Below are positions 59,675 to 64,000 of a stretch of 64,000 nucleotides of DNA, in pieces. Source of the stretch: Macrostomum lignano (lineage: Eukaryota); the NCBI GenBank assembly GCA_002269645.1, contig NIVC01001530.1, forward strand, positions 186,001 through 250,000, given 5' to 3'. The notes beneath the pieces were generated by a model that saw only the letters and a list, made by a program, of their open reading frames with translations, was not told where the DNA came from and made no database searches. The translations under genes and the position numbers were made by a program. The number at the start of each line of letters is the position of its first letter. Position 1 is the stretch's first letter.

Positions 59675-60180
59675 TTACTATTTGGGGATGCTTGCTATCT
59701 GGGGGATGCTTGCTATCTGGGAGGGGGGATGCTTCCTATCTGGGGGATGCTTGCTATTTGGGGGATGCTTGCTATCTGGGGGATGCTTGCTATTTGGGGG
59801 ATGCTTGCTATCTGGGGGATGCTTGCTATCTGGGGGATGTTTGCTATCTGGGAGGGGGGATGCTTCCTATCTGGGGGATGCTTGCTATTTGGGGGATGCT
59901 TGCTATCTGGGGGATGCTTGCTATTTGGGGGATGCTTGCTATCTGGGGGATGCTTGCTATCTGGGGGATGCTTGCTATCTGGGGGATGCTTGCTATTTGG
60001 GGGATGCTTGCTATTTGGGGGATGCTTGCTATCTGGGGAATGCTTGCTATCTGGGGGATGCTTGCTATCTGGGGGACGCTTGCTATCTGGGGGATGCTTG
60101 CTATCTGGGGGATGCTTGCTATCTGGGGGATGCTTGCTATTTGAGGGATGCTTGCAATCTGGGGGATGCTTGCTGTCTTG
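59675..60180. repeat. 18-bp satellite
   Basis: Same unit as 57.3 kb and 19 kb. Confidence 0.95.
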
Positions 60181-60323
60181 GGATGATTTCTTTTTGCATT
60201 ACACTTTATTTGAGCAGTTTTTTGTGTTGTCTTTGTGAAGGCTTTATTTGGCTGTCTTTTTGTTACTTGTAGAGAACAGATATTCTATCCAGATGTCCCC
60301 CAACGGGGGGCGAAGATTGCTAG

Positions 60324-63300
60324 TCCTATATACTAAAAATGAGTTGTCTGTATGTATGTATGTATATGGGTATGCGATTGATTTCAGAAAAAACGGCTCA
60401 ACCGATTTTCTTCAAACTTGCATCATTCGATCAGAAATTTTCCTGGCACAGTACATGCATCTTGGCTAAGAAATTGCTCAATGTTAAAGGGATTAAATAT
60501 TCGAAAAACACGCTTTTTTGCAAAGGTCAAGCAAAATTTTCGACTTGAAATGCATTGTAAGAATGCTAGAGAAAAAACTGACTGACTGAATTTCAATTCT
60601 GATAAAGATTGCATCACAACAAGTTGAAAACAGTGCCGAAGAAATGCACACACGACTTGATTGAAATTGCGTAACCATATTGCTAACTCGAAGTGAGACT
60701 GATACTGGCTGACTGAGAAATTGATTATGTCATAACTTTTTACTCCAATTGACTTGCTGTAAGAATTGAATTATAAGGGCCACAATTCATGTTCTCCAAT
60801 TGAAAAGAGATAGCCCTGATGCGAACAGACTGGAATGCTAATGTAGCGACCTGGGTTCGAGTCTTAGAAGCGCAAAATAATTTTTTTATTAAAACACCTT
60901 AAAAACTAAAAAACTGCTAAACATAAAAAAAGCGCAATAGAAGAGCCACCATGTCAAACCTAAAGGAGCCACCATGTCGAACATTAAAGAACCACCATGT
61001 CGAACATAAAAGAGCCACCATATCAAACATAAAAGAGTCACCATGTTAAAAATTAAAGAGCCACCATGTCGAACATTAAAGAGCCACCATGTCGAACATA
61101 GAAGAGCCACCATGTCAAACATTAAAGAGCCACCATTTCAAACCTAAAGGAGCCACCATGTCGAAAATTAAAGAGCCACCATGTCGAACATAAAAGAGCC
61201 ACCATATCAAACATAAAAGAGTTACCATGTCAAACATTAAAGAGCCACATTGTCAAGCATTAAAGACCCACCATTTCAAACCTAAAATAGTTACCATGTC
61301 AAACATTCAATAGCCACCATGTCAAACATTAAAGAGCCACCATGTCGAACATAAAAGAGCCACCATATTAAACATAAAAGAGTTACCATGTCAAACATTA
61401 AAGAGCCACCATGTCGAACATTAAAGAGCCACCATGTCAAACATTAAAGAGCCACATTGTCAAGCATTAAAGACCCACCATTTCAAACCTAAAAGAGCCA
61501 CCATGTCAAACATTAAAGAGCCACCATGTCGAACATTAAAGAGCCACCTTGTCAAATATTAAAGAGCCACCATTTCAAACCTAAAGAAGCCACCATGTCG
61601 AACATACAAGAGCCACCATGTCGAACATAGAAAAGCCACCATGTCAAACATTAAAGAGTCACCATGTCAAACATTAAAGAGCCACCGTTTCAAACCTAAA
61701 AGAGCCACCATGTTAAAAATTAAAGAGCCACCATGTCAAACATAAAACAGACACCATTAAGAACATTAAAGAGCCACCATGTCAAATATAAAACAGCCAC
61801 CATTTCGAAAATTAAGGAGCCACCATTTCAAAAATTTAAGAGCCGCTATGTTAAACATTAAAGGGCCACCTTGTCAAATATTAAAGAGCCACCATTTCAA
61901 ACCTAAAAGAGCGACCCTGTCGAACATACAAGAGCCACCATGTCGAACATAAAAGAGCCACCATGTCGAACATACAAGAGCCACCATGTCGAACATAGAA
62001 AAGCCACCATGTCGAACATAGAAAAGCCACCATGTTAAACATTAAAGAGCCAATATTTCAAACCTAAAGGAGCCACCATGTCGAACATAAAAGAGTCACC
62101 ATGTTAAAAATTAAAGAGCCACCATGTCGAACATTAAAGAGCCACCATTTCAAACATTAAAGAGCCACCATGTCAAACATTAAAGAGCCACCGGTTCAAA
62201 CCTAAAATAGCCACCATGTCGAACATTAAAGAGCCACCATGTCAAACATAAAACAGACACCATGTCAAACATTAAAGAGCCACCATGTCAAACATTAAAG
62301 AGCCACCGGTTCAAACCTAAAAGAGCCACCATGTCGAACATTAAAAAGCCACCATGTCAAACATTAAAGAGCCACATTGTCAAACATTAAAAAGCCACCA
62401 TTTCAAACCTAAAAGAGCCACCATGTCAAACATTAAAGAGCCACCATGTCAAACATTAAAGAGCCACCTTGTCAAATATTAAAGAGCCACCATTTCAAAC
62501 CTAAAGAAGCCACCATGTCGAACATACAAGAGCCACCATGTCGAACATTAAAGAGCCACCATATCAAACATAAAAGAGTTACCATGTCAAACATTAAAGA
62601 GCCACCATGTCAAACATTAAAGAGCCACCATGTCGAACATAAAAGAGCCACCATATCAAACATAAAAGAGTTACCATGTCAAACATTAAAGAGCCACCAT
62701 GTCGAACATTAAAGAGCCACCATGTCAAACATTAAAGAGCCACCTTGTCAAATATTAAAGAGCCACCATTTCAAACCTAAAAGAGCCACCATGTCGAACA
62801 TTAAAGAGCCACCTTGTCAAATATTAAAGAGCCACCATTTCAAACCTAAAGAAGCCACCATGTCGAACATACAAGAGCCACCATGTCGAACATAAAAGAG
62901 CCACCATATCAAACATAGAAGAGTTACCATGTTAAAAATTAAAGAGCCACCATGTCGAACATAAAAGAGCAACCATGTCAAACATAAAACAGACACCATT
63001 AAGAACATTAAAGAGCCACCATGTCGAACATTAAAGAGCCACCATGTCAAATATAAAACAGCCACCATTTCGAAAATTTAAGAGCCGCCATGTTAAACAT
63101 TAAAGGGCCACCTTGTCAAATATTAAAGAGCCACCATTTCAAACCTAAAAGAGCGACCCTGTCGAACATACAAGAGCCACAATGTCGAACATAAAAGAGC
63201 AGCTATGTAGAACATAAAAGAGCCACCATGTCAAACATAAAAAAGCCACCATGTCAAACATAAAAGAGCCAACATGAAGAACATTAAAGAGCCACCATGT

Positions 63301-64000
63301 CGACCATTAAAAGAGCCACCATGTCGAACATACAAGAGCCACCATGTCGAACATAGAAAAGCCACCATGTCGAACATAGAAAAGCCACCATGTTAAACAT
63401 TAAAGAGCCAATATTTCAAACCTTAAGGAGCCACCATGTCGAACATAAAAGAGTCACCATGTTAAAAATTAAAGAGCCACCATGTCGAACATTAAAGAGC
63501 CACCATGTCGAACATTAAAGAGCCACCATGTCAAACATAAAACAGACACCATGTCAAACATTAAAGAGCCACCGGTTCAAACCTAAAAGAGCCACCATGT
63601 CGAACATTAAAGAGCCACCTTGTCAAATATTAAAGAGCCACCATTTCAAACCTAAAGGAGCCACCATGTCGAACATTAAAAAGCCACCATGTCGAACATT
63701 AAAAAGCCAACATGTCAAACATAAAAGAGCCACCATGTCAAACCTAAAAAAGCCACCATGTCAAACATAGAAGAGCCACCATGTCAAACATAATAGAGCC
63801 ACCATGTCAAACATTAAAGAGCCACCATGTCAAACATAGAAGAGCCACTATGTCAAACATAAAAGAGCCACCATGTCGAACATAAAAGAGTCACCATGTT
63901 AAAAATTAAAGAGCCACCATGTCGAACATTAAAGAGCCACCATGTCGAACATTAAAGAGCCACCATGTCGAACATTAAAGAGCCACCATATCAAACATAA
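60324..64000 (+). mobile_element. Satellite-laden Helitron, unit 3 (runs off the window); 23-bp array from about 60940 to the end
   Basis: Begins TCCTATATACTAAAAATGAG immediately after the CTAG of unit 2. Confidence 0.8.
60804..60887 (+). ncRNA. tRNA-derived Pol III cassette, copy 3 (more diverged)
   Basis: tagccctgatg...ggttcgagtc...T7. Confidence 0.4.

Larger units (their letters stand above)
57840..60323 (+). mobile_element. Satellite-laden Helitron, unit 2 (5' 270 bp missing)
   Basis: Same module order as unit 1; ends cccccaacgggggg-cgaagattg-CTAG at 60320-60323. Confidence 0.8.

Noticed and set aside
33461-64000. Regular short repeats resembling CRISPR arrays
   Set aside because: Direct tandem monomers with no unique spacers, in a eukaryotic context with no cas genes.

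Overview
Eukaryotic, intron-containing animal genomic DNA. A free-living flatworm such as Macrostomum is a tentative guess, based only on recalled resemblance of the RTE retrotransposon fragments. Genes from left to right: the 5' part of WDFY3/Alfy (-); a complete 5-exon COP9 signalosome subunit 1 gene (GPS1, -); a 2-exon D-amino-acid/D-aspartate oxidase (+); three tandem ABCA-like transporter genes (+,+,-); and two F-box/LRR-like exons plus one downstream exon (-). The three ABCA-like genes encode about 1,630-1,660 aa each and share the same 3-exon structure. All three have degenerate catalytic motifs in both nucleotide-binding domains, and each carries exactly one single-base frameshift. The second copy also has a non-autonomous hAT element (13-bp TIR, 8-bp TSD) inside its last coding exon. 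The rest is a rich repeat landscape: tRNA-headed CORE-type SINEs, RTE fragments, several MITEs, and intron-filling minisatellites. From about 48.4 kb to the end there is a gene-free cluster of non-autonomous Helitron-like elements, including a head-to-tail array whose units carry 23-bp and 18-bp satellites and a Pol III-type mini-gene. Exon boundaries were derived by hand from GT/GC-AG sites and frame continuity; no database searches were run.
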